Below, one piece after another: positions 1 to 9,048 of a stretch of 64,000 bases of DNA. The stretch is from Candidatus Omnitrophota bacterium. GTDB lineage: Bacteria; Omnitrophota; Gorgyraeia; Gygaellales; Profunditerraquicolaceae. The notes beneath the pieces are model-generated. The model searched no databases, was not told where the DNA came from, and saw only the letters and a program-made list of their open reading frames with translations. A program made the position numbers and the translations under genes. The DNA is taken from assembly GCA_016867115.1 (NCBI GenBank), contig VGKG01000001.1, positions 173,403 to 237,402 on the forward strand. The letters are read 5' to 3'. Each line of letters begins with the position of its first letter. The first letter of the stretch is position 1.

Positions 1-711
1 AAAAGGCGTATCCGTCTTCTCGATCGCTTTTTTCGCCTTTCTTAAATCGAAATAGTACCGGGGCGTCTTGGCTGTATCGACCAGCTTAAAAGCCTTGGGG
101 CTGACGGAAATAAACCCCATTCCCGGAGGAAGCATGAGGCCCTTCTGTGAGCCTGAGATCACCATGTCGCAATACCAGGCATCGCTCTTTATGTCAATGG
201 CGCCGAGGCCGCTGATGGCATCCACTACCAGCACCGCTTCCGTCTCTTTGATGATTTTACCGATAGCCTCGATATCATTGGTAACGCCGGTAGAGGTCTC
301 GCAGAGCGTGGTAAAAACCGCCTTTATTTTGGGGTTTGCGCTTAAACGCTTCTTTATTTCAAGAGGGTCGACTGCCTTACCCCACTCTACATCGATGATT
401 TCGGCATTGACGCCGTAGGCCTTGCAAAGCTCGGTCCATCTTTCGCCGAACTTTCCACCCTGCACGGTGATGGCGGTATCTCCGGGAGAAAGGAGGTTGG
501 CTACTGCTGCCTCCATGGCGCCGGTTCCGGATGAAGCCAGGATAAAGACGGGGTTCTCGGTCTGAAAGACATATTTTAAACCCTCAGTCGCCTCTTTTAA
601 GATAGCCTGGAACTGGGGAGTGCGGTGATGGATTATTGGCCGGGCCATCGATTCGCAAACCTGCGGGGGTAACGGTGTGGGCCCGGGTGTAAGTAAATAG
701 TTCTTCCTCAT
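1..711 (-). CDS. Class V PLP aminotransferase (alanine-glyoxylate/serine-pyruvate family), runs off the window edge
   Basis: Not in the ORF track; my translation from ATG at 711 gives MRKNYLLTPGPT...SSGTGAMEAAV...VDAISGLG...SGSQKGLMLPPG (PLP lysine motif); GGAGG RBS upstream. Confidence 0.9.
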   Translation of the reverse strand, partial: MRKNYLLTPGPTPLPPQVCESMARPIIHHRTPQFQAILKEATEGLKYVFQTENPVFILASSGTGAMEAAVANLLSPGDTAITVQGGKFGERWTELCKAYGVNAEIIDVEWGKAVDPLEIKKRLSANPKIKAVFTTLCETSTGVTNDIEAIGKIIKETEAVLVVDAISGLGAIDIKSDAWYCDMVISGSQKGLMLPPGMGFISVSPKAFKLVDTAKTPRYYFDLRKAKKAIEKTDTPF

Positions 712-752
712 GCTTTCCTCCTGTTGTTGGTCCTCAATTGCCGGATTTGTTG

Positions 753-1364
753 TTATTTTTTATTTTTCTGCGGAAAGATTACTTCGTCGATCAGGCCGTA
801 CTCCTTGGCCTCCTGTGCGGACATGAAATAATCGCGATCAGTATCTTTCTGTACCTTTTCCAGGGACTGTCCTGTATGCGCCGATAAGATCTCGTTGATC
901 CGGTCGCGCATCTTCAGGATCTCCTTGGCATGGCGCGAAATATCTTCGGCTGCGCCCTGAATGCCGCCCCAAGGCTGATGGATCATCACCCGGGAATTAG
1001 GCAGGGTATGGCGTTTACCCCTGGTGCCTGCGCACAGAAGCAGGGCGCCCATGCTGGAGGCCTGGCCCACGCAGTAGGTAGAGACGTCGCATTTGACAAA
1101 CTGCATGGTGTCGTAGATCGCAAGGCCTGCGGTGACCGAGCCGCCGGGCGAATTGATATAGATATTGATGTCCTTGGTGACGTCTTCCATCTGCAGGAAG
1201 AGCATCTGGGCGATCACGAGGTTTGCCACGCAATCATCTATCGGTGTGCCGATAAAGACGATGCGGTCCTTTAAGAGGCGCGAATAGATATCGTAGGCGC
1301 GCTCATAACCCCGGGGGGTCTGCTCGATGACCATGGGGACTAAAGTCTGATTTCTAATAGTCAT
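753..1364 (-). CDS. clpP: ATP-dependent Clp protease proteolytic subunit
   Basis: [33 protein letters not shown] motifs; follows tig. Confidence 0.97.
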   Translation of the reverse strand: MTIRNQTLVPMVIEQTPRGYERAYDIYSRLLKDRIVFIGTPIDDCVANLVIAQMLFLQMEDVTKDINIYINSPGGSVTAGLAIYDTMQFVKCDVSTYCVGQASSMGALLLCAGTRGKRHTLPNSRVMIHQPWGGIQGAAEDISRHAKEILKMRDRINEILSAHTGQSLEKVQKDTDRDYFMSAQEAKEYGLIDEVIFPQKNKK

Positions 1365-1381
1365 TTCTACCTCCTCGAATT

Positions 1382-1428
1382 AGGGGACACTCTTTGACGG
1401 TATAAATTCTATCCAAGGGCTGTCCCCT
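1382..1428. repeat. GGGACA...TGTCCC palindromic intergenic repeat, copy 1
   Basis: aggggacactcttt...caagggctgtcccct; similar to copies at 26908, 35650 and 53289. Confidence 0.75.
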
Positions 1429-1439
1429 TTGCTGTTGAT

Positions 1440-2318
1440 CTATTCTGCTTCCTTCCACTCTGCTTCCCTGAAGAGCAGCTCCATGCATGCGCGCGGCATA
1501 TGATCATCCTGCGGGATATTCTCTCTTTTAGCTATCGCCGAAAGGACAAGATAGACCCTGACCTGCTTTTCCGCTTCTGCCTGAAGGTTCTTCTTCATTT
1601 CCGCTTCCTGCTCGTCAATCTTCTCGCGCGGCGCGCCCTTCACGGCCAGATCCACCTTCGCATGCCTGACCAGGTCATCCAGCTGGCGCTTAACCAGTGA
1701 ATCCGGAAGTTTGAAATTAAGGTCTTTGGTGACCGCTTCGACCACCTCGTTCTCGATCCTGCGGCGCTGCTGGTCGTCCTTACGCAGGGCGATCTGACGG
1801 GTCATCGCCGCTTCCAGCTCCGTAAGGCTCGGATAACCCAATGCCTTGGCAAAATTATCGTCCAGCTCTTTTGCGCCCTGGGACTCTTTCAGGGAACTGA
1901 GGCTACGCTTAGCCTCATCCGGAGAAACATTTATCTTCCTGTATTCGATCTTTATCCCTTTATAATTCTTGACGTTTATCTCCGGGCTCACCTCGACCGT
2001 CGCCTTAAAGCTGAGCTTTTCCCGCTCAAGCTTCACGTCGCTGATATGGGGCAGCTCAATCACGTCGAGGTTTTCTTTAGCTACTGCCTCATTATAAATA
2101 TCGGGTACCAGCTCCTTAAGCACCTGTTCATGGGCACTTGTAGCGTAATGCTTTTCCAGGATGTCACGCGGAGCATTTCCCGGCCTGAAGCCCGGGACCT
2201 TCGCTTCCTTGGCGATGCGCTTAAAGACGTCCTCGAACTTATTCTTCACTACCTCGCCGGCTACCTCGACGAGCATCTCTCTTTTAGTATTGTCGATCTT
2301 TTTGACTTCCGTTTTCAT
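1440..2318 (-). CDS. tig: Trigger factor, short form (292 aa) apparently lacking the FKBP PPIase domain
   Basis: N-terminal VPGFRPGNAP ribosome-binding signature; helical C-domain; tig-clpP synteny. Confidence 0.88.
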   Translation of the reverse strand: MKTEVKKIDNTKREMLVEVAGEVVKNKFEDVFKRIAKEAKVPGFRPGNAPRDILEKHYATSAHEQVLKELVPDIYNEAVAKENLDVIELPHISDVKLEREKLSFKATVEVSPEINVKNYKGIKIEYRKINVSPDEAKRSLSSLKESQGAKELDDNFAKALGYPSLTELEAAMTRQIALRKDDQQRRRIENEVVEAVTKDLNFKLPDSLVKRQLDDLVRHAKVDLAVKGAPREKIDEQEAEMKKNLQAEAEKQVRVYLVLSAIAKRENIPQDDHMPRACMELLFREAEWKEAE

Positions 2319-2325
2319 TAATTCC

Positions 2326-3048
2326 TCACATTCTGAACTTTTCGCCTAAGTAGATCGAACGCGCCTGGGGATTATTGATCAGCTCCTGGGCAGTGCCGGA
2401 GATAAGGATCTTTCCCTCGGCGATCAAATATGCGCGGTCGGTGATCGAGAGCGTTTCCCTGACATTATGGTCGGTCAAAAGGATCCCCAGCCCTTTTTCT
2501 TTTAATTCCTTGATGATCTCCTGAGCCTCATTCACCACTATCGGGTCTATTCCGGAGAATGGCTCATCGAGAAGAATGAACGAAGGGTTCGTCACCAGCG
2601 CCCGGGTGATCTCAAGGCGCCTCCTCTCTCCGCCGGAAAGAGTAAAGGCCTTGGACTTTGCCAGGTGCGCGATATTCAGCTCATTAAGCAGGACCTTCAG
2701 GCGTTTCTGGCGCTCAAGCCTGTTCAAAGGCAGAGTCTCAAGGATGGCCATAATATTTTCTTCTACGGTAAGCTTGCGAAATATGGAGGCTTCCTGGGAA
2801 AGATAGCCTATGCCGAACCGCGCCCTTTCATGGATAGGCAGCCTGGTGATCTCGTTATTGTCAAAGACGATCCTGCCCCGGTCAGGAGGGACAATCCCCA
2901 CCACCATATAGAATGTTGTGGTCTTGCCCGCGCCGTTAGGGCCGAGGAGCCCGACGATCTCGCCGCGGCGCACCAGGATATCCACGCCCTTGACCACTTC
3001 CCGGCCGTCGTATGACTTGGCCAGGCCCTTAATCTCCAGCAGGTGCAC
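2326..3048 (-). CDS. lptB: LPS export ABC transporter ATPase
   Basis: [46 protein letters not shown]. Confidence 0.96.
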   Translation of the reverse strand: MHLLEIKGLAKSYDGREVVKGVDILVRRGEIVGLLGPNGAGKTTTFYMVVGIVPPDRGRIVFDNNEITRLPIHERARFGIGYLSQEASIFRKLTVEENIMAILETLPLNRLERQKRLKVLLNELNIAHLAKSKAFTLSGGERRRLEITRALVTNPSFILLDEPFSGIDPIVVNEAQEIIKELKEKGLGILLTDHNVRETLSITDRAYLIAEGKILISGTAQELINNPQARSIYLGEKFRM

Positions 3049-3973
3049 CGAATCCCTCCGTAGAATAAATGATCAATTTCGGCCTTCCGGTCAGGGTAAG
3101 CTTCTTATCCTGAGCGCTATAAATAGCTTCTTCGCTGTAAGAGACGTTTTCTCCGCGCACTACCTTGACGTTCCCGCGCGCGACGATTCTTTCGATCTTA
3201 TTGCCCATAAAACTTCCGGCCTCGCCTTCTTCTTTTCCCGGCCCGCCCGCCGCAGGGGCTTCTTTCTTTTCTTTAGACGAGCTGAAAAACACATCCATCT
3301 TGTCGCTGTAGATCGTGGAATCCTCTCTCTCGACTTTTACGTTATTATTGAAGGTGGCCATACTCTTCTCGTAATCTATGTCCAGCGGGCCGTCGCAGGT
3401 GATGGTAATCTTCTCTTTGACCGCGGAGGCCTTATCCCCCGCAGGCTCTTCCGGGTTGATATCCAGGCGCACGTCCTTCTCAAGCGCCACCTTCTTTAAG
3501 TTCGGCTCTCCCCTTGCGCCGGAGGCGACCACGACCATATTCTCGCGTTTTATGTTGACTATATCGTCGGTGGTCACCAGCTGGTTCTTCCTGTCCCAGT
3601 CCAGGGCGTCGGTGGTGAGTTTCGTGCCGGAAGAAGTGGTGATCACCACGTTCTCTTCCAGGTGCACCTTGCCGTCTGTCTTATTGAAATCCCCCCGCTC
3701 AGCGGTAAGGCGGATATCCTCCTCTTTTCCGTAGAGATTGCCGACCACTTCGTTAAGCTTCACCACTTCAGTGAAGATGTCTGCGGTCTTTCCGGAGAGG
3801 TCCCAGTTCTTCTTGCCCTTTTCTCCGTAACCGGCGAGAGAAAAATCGCTGATCTGCTGGTCTGAGGTCTCGGATGTGCTTGCCCCGGAGCCCGCGGCAA
3901 AGGAGAACGCCAATGCCGGCAGGAAGAATCCTGCGGCAAAGATCCAGGACCGGATAAATGATTTAAGCCGCAT
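3029..3973 (-). CDS. LptC-like plus LptA/OstA-like tandem beta-jellyroll LPS export protein
   Basis: N-terminal hydrophobic segment; LptC-like ([15 protein letters not shown]) then LptA-like (ITCDG...ARGNVKV...LTLTGRP); lies between kdsC and lptB. Confidence 0.8.
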   Translation of the reverse strand: MRLKSFIRSWIFAAGFFLPALAFSFAAGSGASTSETSDQQISDFSLAGYGEKGKKNWDLSGKTADIFTEVVKLNEVVGNLYGKEEDIRLTAERGDFNKTDGKVHLEENVVITTSSGTKLTTDALDWDRKNQLVTTDDIVNIKRENMVVVASGARGEPNLKKVALEKDVRLDINPEEPAGDKASAVKEKITITCDGPLDIDYEKSMATFNNNVKVEREDSTIYSDKMDVFFSSSKEKKEAPAAGGPGKEEGEAGSFMGNKIERIVARGNVKVVRGENVSYSEEAIYSAQDKKLTLTGRPKLIIYSTEGFGAPAGD

Positions 3974-4490
3974 ATGAACGCACAACCTCCTCCCATAAAC
4001 CTTTTGCCTTAAGCAGGAGCTCTGCCACTTCGCGCACCGCCCCCCTTCCGCCGTGCCTGATCGTAATATAGGAGGCGACCTGCTTGATCTCGGCTGCTGC
4101 GTTAAAGACCGCTACTGGAAACCCCACCTTCTTCATCAGCCCCAGGTCCACCAGATCGTCGCCGATAAAACAGATCTCATCGATAGCCACCTGGTATTTT
4201 TTCAGTATCTTTTCCAGGGCCCTGGTCTTAGGGGTGATATCCGCGATCACTTCCGCCACGCGCATATCCCTGGCGCGGGGAATGATCGCCCGCGAACCTT
4301 TGGCCGTGACCAGGACCGTCTTTATCCCGTATTTGCTTAAGACATAGACTCCGAGGCCGTCATGCACGTCAAAGAACTTTGAATCGCGGCCGCGCGAATC
4401 GTAGACGATGCGTCCGTCGGTAAGCACGCCGTCCACATCCAATAGCAAAAGTTTAATCTTTTTGGCTTTATTTAACGTGGTCGCTTCCAT
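3963..4490 (-). CDS. kdsC: KDO 8-phosphate phosphatase
   Basis: LDVDGVLTDG, FDVHDGLG, IGDDLVD, GGRGAVRE. Confidence 0.95.
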   Translation of the reverse strand: MEATTLNKAKKIKLLLLDVDGVLTDGRIVYDSRGRDSKFFDVHDGLGVYVLSKYGIKTVLVTAKGSRAIIPRARDMRVAEVIADITPKTRALEKILKKYQVAIDEICFIGDDLVDLGLMKKVGFPVAVFNAAAEIKQVASYITIRHGGRGAVREVAELLLKAKGLWEEVVRSYAA

Positions 4491-4493
4491 GAG

Positions 4494-5462
4494 CTAAACT
4501 ATGCCTGCCTTCAGAAGGTCCTGCACATCCAGTAAACCGACAGGCCGGCGCTCATTATCCACCACCGGGATCTCATCGATCTTCTTCTCCCGCAGGATAC
4601 GCAGCGCCTCCGCAGCCAGCATGCCGGGGCCGACTACCGTGGGGCTCTTGGTCATCACTTCTTTGATCTTACGCTTGGGCAGCTCCAGATCCCGCTCAAG
4701 GTGCCGGCGCAGGTCTCCGTCGGTAAATATCCCCTTCACCTTTCCGGATCTATCCACGATCGTCGCAGATCCGGACCTGGCCCGGGTGATCTTTAAAAGG
4801 ACCTGGGAGACCCTCTTATCTTCCCCGACCACCGGATTTGCCTGGCCGCGGCGCATGATGTCTTCTACTTTAAGGATCAGCCTCCTGCCGAGGGCGCCTC
4901 CCGGATGATAAAAAGCAAAGTCCTTTTCTCTGAACTTCTTCATCTCAAGAAGGCAGACTGCCAGGGCATCAGCCATGGCTAAAGTCGCGGTAGTGGAAGC
5001 GGTAGGGGCAAGCCCCAGGGGGCAGGCCTCTTTTTTTACCGAAACGTCCAGTACGCTGTCGCTGTATTTTGCCAGGACCGAACCGGGGTTTCCGGTGAGG
5101 GCGATGATCCTGGCCCCGATCTTTTTTAGAAGGGGGAGCAGCTGTTTCATCTCTTCGGTCGAGCCGCTGTTAGAAATGATGATCACCGCGTCGTCGCTGG
5201 TGACCTTGCCCAGGTCTCCGTGAATAGCCTCGGCAGTATGCAGGAATAAGCTCGGCGTCCCGGTCGAAGCCAGGGTCGCGGAGAGTTTTTGGGCGATGAT
5301 ACCGGTCTTGCCCATGCCGCTAACCACTACCCTGCCTTTGGCATTCAGGATGATCTTCAGGGCCCGCTCAAAAGACTTTCCGATACGCGGCTTCAGCGCC
5401 CTGACTGCCATAGCCTCGATCTCTAAGACCTCTTTTGCCCTCTTTAAAACATTCTTCTTCAT
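4494..5462 (-). CDS. kdsD: Arabinose-5-phosphate isomerase (KpsF/GutQ; SIS + 2 CBS)
   Basis: GMGKTG, EAIHGDLG, EACPLGLAPTASTT, HPGGALG. Confidence 0.95.
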   Translation of the reverse strand: MKKNVLKRAKEVLEIEAMAVRALKPRIGKSFERALKIILNAKGRVVVSGMGKTGIIAQKLSATLASTGTPSLFLHTAEAIHGDLGKVTSDDAVIIISNSGSTEEMKQLLPLLKKIGARIIALTGNPGSVLAKYSDSVLDVSVKKEACPLGLAPTASTTATLAMADALAVCLLEMKKFREKDFAFYHPGGALGRRLILKVEDIMRRGQANPVVGEDKRVSQVLLKITRARSGSATIVDRSGKVKGIFTDGDLRRHLERDLELPKRKIKEVMTKSPTVVGPGMLAAEALRILREKKIDEIPVVDNERRPVGLLDVQDLLKAGIV

Positions 5463-5472
5463 AACTTCACCC

Positions 5473-5500
5473 TGTATACTGCATACAGCCTACTGCCTAC
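5473..5500. repeat. Intergenic 7-mer x4 tandem array
   Basis: tgtatac tgcatac agcctac tgcctac between kdsA and kdsD. Confidence 0.8.
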
Positions 5501-5521
5501 AATCACTGAGATCTATAACAA

Positions 5522-6334
5522 TTATAGTGCCTTCTCTATGCTCTTGACTTGCCTCAGCAGTTTCTCAAGTTCCTTAAGGCCGATCATATTCGGCCCGTCG
5601 CAGAGTGCCTTATCCGGGTCCGGATGCACCTCCAGGAACAGGCCGTCGCAACCAAAGGCGACTGCAGCCCTGGAGAGCCCTTCGACAAACTCGCGTTCCC
5701 CTCCGGATGAACCGCCGCAAGCTCCCGGCAATTGCACGCTATGCGTGGCATCATAGATTACCGGATAGCCCATATCGCGCATGATTTTGAGGCTGCGCAG
5801 GTCCGAAACCAGGTTATTATAACCGAAACATGCGCCGCGCTCGGTGATCAGGATCCTTTTATTGCCGGCGGATTCGATCTTCCTGATCAGCGGCTGGACA
5901 TCCCAGGGCGCCAGGAACTGGCCTTTTTTTATGTTCACTACCCTGCCGGTCCTTGCCGCAGCCAGGATAATATCCGTCTGGCGGCTTAAAAAAGCGGGGA
6001 TCTGGATGATATCCGCGACTTCCGCGACCTCGGGGATCTCCTTTTGACAATGGATATCGGTAAGCACCGGCACTTTTAACTGCTTCTTCACCCTGCTTAA
6101 GACTGCCAGGCCCTTCTTCAGCCCCGGCCCCCGGTATGATTCAAGGGAAGAACGGTTGGCCTTGTCAAAACTCGACTTAAAAATATAGGGTATATTTAAT
6201 TTTGCGCAGAGGAGCTTGATCTTCTTTGCCGTATCCAGGCAGAGGCCTTCGGATTCGATCACGCATGGCCCGGCGATCAGAACCAGAGGATTACCGTCGC
6301 CGATCCTGATATTGTTTACGATCACCTGCATCAT
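5522..6334 (-). CDS. kdsA: KDO 8-phosphate synthase
   Basis: IAGPCVIES, KSSFDKANRSS, KKGQFLAP, DATHSVQLPG. Confidence 0.97.
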   Translation of the reverse strand: MMQVIVNNIRIGDGNPLVLIAGPCVIESEGLCLDTAKKIKLLCAKLNIPYIFKSSFDKANRSSLESYRGPGLKKGLAVLSRVKKQLKVPVLTDIHCQKEIPEVAEVADIIQIPAFLSRQTDIILAAARTGRVVNIKKGQFLAPWDVQPLIRKIESAGNKRILITERGACFGYNNLVSDLRSLKIMRDMGYPVIYDATHSVQLPGACGGSSGGEREFVEGLSRAAVAFGCDGLFLEVHPDPDKALCDGPNMIGLKELEKLLRQVKSIEKAL

Positions 6335-7071
6335 AGTCTGTGTGTCCCCAGGTATGCCTTAACCTTTTCCAGGTCCTCGGGCGTATCCACGCCGATAGTC
6401 TCGTATTTTGTCTCGATCATCTTGATGCGGAAGCCCTCTTCAAGGACCCTTAACTGCTCAAGGCACTCGGCCTTTTCCAGGGAAGATGCCGGCGAGTTCC
6501 TGTAGATAAAAAGGAAATCCTTGGTATAGGCGTAAAGCCCGATGTGTTTATAGTAGAGCGGCTCTTTCACCTGGGAATTACGGGCAAGATAGGGGATGGC
6601 TGCGCGGGAAAAATAGAGCGCGAAATTATCCTTATCCGCCACCACCTTGACCACGTCAGGGTCATTGGCCTCATCGGGAGAAGCGATCTTTTTCATGACC
6701 GAAGCCATGAATACCTCGGGATCGTCAAGCAGCGCACCGGCCAGGGCGTCGATCATCGCCGGATGCACCAGGGGTTCGTCTGCCTGGATATTGATCACGA
6801 TCTTTACGTCGATGGGATTGATCACCTCGCAGATCCTGTCCGTGCCCGAGGCATGGCCCTTGGCGGTCATCGCGACTTTGGCGCCGAAACCCTCGGCTAC
6901 GCCGGCGACCCGCTCGTCGTCGCAGGCAATGATCAGCTCATCCAGGGCGATCGCCTGTTTTGCGCGCTCCCAGACATGCTGGAGCATGGGCTTGCCCAGG
7001 ATATCCGCAAGGACCTTGCCTTCGAACCTGGTGGAAGAAAATCTTGCCGGTATGACCCCGATCACATTCAT
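6331..7071 (-). CDS. kdsB: CMP-KDO synthetase
   Basis: IPARFSSTRF, SGTDR, NIQADEP, KHIGLYAY, LEQLR, GVDTPEDL. Confidence 0.96.
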   Translation of the reverse strand: MNVIGVIPARFSSTRFEGKVLADILGKPMLQHVWERAKQAIALDELIIACDDERVAGVAEGFGAKVAMTAKGHASGTDRICEVINPIDVKIVINIQADEPLVHPAMIDALAGALLDDPEVFMASVMKKIASPDEANDPDVVKVVADKDNFALYFSRAAIPYLARNSQVKEPLYYKHIGLYAYTKDFLFIYRNSPASSLEKAECLEQLRVLEEGFRIKMIETKYETIGVDTPEDLEKVKAYLGTHRL

Positions 7072-7073
7072 GA

Positions 7074-8087
7074 TTATCTGGTCCTCTCTAACAGTTCTTT
7101 TCGCGTGGCCACTGCCGTGCCGGCCTTGCCTACTACGATCCCGGCGGCAAAGTTGGCGATCGAGGCAGCCTCGCGCAAGTTTGCGCCCGCAGCCAGGCCG
7201 AGGGTGAAGGTGGCGATCACCGTATCCCCGGCACCGGAGACATCAAAGACCTCCTGGGCAACGGTGGGGATATAGGTCATACGCCCGCTCTTCTCGAACA
7301 ATTTCATCCCCTGCTCCCCGAGAGTGACCAGCACCGAATCCAGGTCCAGGTACTCCCGCACCTGACGCGCCGCATCCTCGATATCTCTATCCGTAAAGAG
7401 CCGGTCGCTGTAAACACGGAACTTATTCGCCGTATCTTTGATCTTCAAATTTCTTACCGCATTCTCAAGCTCCTTGCGGTTAGGAGTGATAGAAGTGACC
7501 CGGCGATAATACTGGAAATGCTCCTCTTTAGGGTCAACGGTGATGATCTTTCTGTGGCTGCGCGCCAGCCTTACCAGTTCTTCCAGAAGGCGCTGATTGA
7601 TCACGCCTTTGCCGTAGTCTTCGATGATGATAGCGTCAAATCTTTCAATATTCCTGCGGATGAAGCCGGCGACCTTACGGCTTGCCGCTTCGGAAAGGGG
7701 CCGGCAATCTTCCCAGTCCACCCTGACTACCTGCTGATGGCCGGCGATCACCCTGGTCTTGAGGATTGTCTGCCTCTTTGCCTCAGTAAAGATGCCCCTT
7801 GTATCCACCCTTCTTTTCTTTAATTCCGAGAGCAGGATCCTGGCATGAGCATCCCTGCCTAACACTCCGACCAGGCTGACCTCTGCATCCAGGGCCCGGA
7901 TATTATTGGCGACATTCGCCGCACCGCCGGGGACATAAAACCTCTTATTGGCCCAGACTACCGGCACCGGGGCTTCCGGAGAGACGCGGTCCACAGCGCC
8001 GTGGATATACTGATCGAGGATCAGGTCGCCTACGACGAGGATGCGGGCCCGGGAAAAATTACCGATTATCTTTTTCAGGTTTTTCAT
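7074..8087 (-). CDS. rfaE1: Heptose-7-phosphate kinase (RfaE domain I, PfkB family)
   Basis: RVSPEAPVPV, GGAANVA, DYGKG, ITPNRKE, DVSGAGDT; likely start MKNLKK at 8087. Confidence 0.92.
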   Translation of the reverse strand: MKNLKKIIGNFSRARILVVGDLILDQYIHGAVDRVSPEAPVPVVWANKRFYVPGGAANVANNIRALDAEVSLVGVLGRDAHARILLSELKKRRVDTRGIFTEAKRQTILKTRVIAGHQQVVRVDWEDCRPLSEAASRKVAGFIRRNIERFDAIIIEDYGKGVINQRLLEELVRLARSHRKIITVDPKEEHFQYYRRVTSITPNRKELENAVRNLKIKDTANKFRVYSDRLFTDRDIEDAARQVREYLDLDSVLVTLGEQGMKLFEKSGRMTYIPTVAQEVFDVSGAGDTVIATFTLGLAAGANLREAASIANFAAGIVVGKAGTAVATRKELLERTR

Positions 8088-9013
8088 AGCTTTTCCGTCA
8101 CTGCCTGCGCCAGAAGCGGGAGGGTGATCTCGTGATGGCCGATGATGTAAAAACTCTCGCCTCCGGACATGACCGGCCGCAGGCACACATTCTGCGCCGG
8201 ACGGTAGTGATAGATCATATCGAAGTTGGCGGTGGTAAAATCCTTTACCTGGCTGCCCAGGTTACGCGCAAGGTTTAAGGCCTTCAGGAAGACTTCGGGC
8301 AGGATCACTGCCGATCCGAAATTGAGGACCACGCCGCCGCGGTTGATCCCGGCGATGCGTTCAACCAGCTGATAAAAATCCCTTATGCTTCCTTCGGCCG
8401 CGAGCCCTGCGTCAAAAGAAGGATGCTGATGGATGATATCCGCACCGACTGCCGTAAAGGCCAGTACCGGCACCCCCAGCTGACAAGCCTGATTCAGCAG
8501 GCTTAACCTCTTAAAGCGCAGATTGCTTTTATTTATGGCAGACGCCACGGCATTACCCAGGCCGAGCCCGCCGGAGACGCCTGTGCTTACCGCGTTATTG
8601 ATGAACTCCGCGGTCTCTCTTCCCATGCCGAACGCGCCGCTTTTTAAGTTCTCGGCGACATCCTCCGAGGTCTTCGCCTGAAAGGCGAGCTCAAAATCAT
8701 GGATCAGCCCTGCGCCATTTAAGCATACACAGGTCACTACCTTCTTCTTCATCAGCTCGATCACCACCGGATTCAGGCCGCATTTGATGACATGGGCGCC
8801 GGCCATGAAGATGACCTCTTTCCTGCTTTTACGCGCGCTGACCAGAGCTGCGATCACCCGGCGTAGGTCTTGCGCTTTAAGCGTGCGCGGAAGAGAATCC
8901 AGAAAACGCCGGAAAGTAGCTCCGGCAACCGGAGGCTTGGCAAAGTCCCCTGAAAGGACCTTGCTGAAACGGCTCTTTACCGAATATGTTTTTACCTTCC
9001 TGGGATTAATCAT
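8084..9013 (-). CDS. Deoxyhypusine-synthase-fold conserved protein of unknown function
   Basis: GAHVIKCGL, IHDFELA, GSAVILPEVFLKA, GHHEITLPLL. Confidence 0.7.
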   Translation of the reverse strand: MINPRKVKTYSVKSRFSKVLSGDFAKPPVAGATFRRFLDSLPRTLKAQDLRRVIAALVSARKSRKEVIFMAGAHVIKCGLNPVVIELMKKKVVTCVCLNGAGLIHDFELAFQAKTSEDVAENLKSGAFGMGRETAEFINNAVSTGVSGGLGLGNAVASAINKSNLRFKRLSLLNQACQLGVPVLAFTAVGADIIHQHPSFDAGLAAEGSIRDFYQLVERIAGINRGGVVLNFGSAVILPEVFLKALNLARNLGSQVKDFTTANFDMIYHYRPAQNVCLRPVMSGGESFYIIGHHEITLPLLAQAVTEKL

Positions 9014-9048
9014 GGGAAGCTATAATTTTAGCATAAATCCGGGCTAAA

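Noticed and set aside
6342-6349. Single GGGGACAC arm at the kdsB 3' end
   Set aside because: No partner arm; an 8-nt match may be chance
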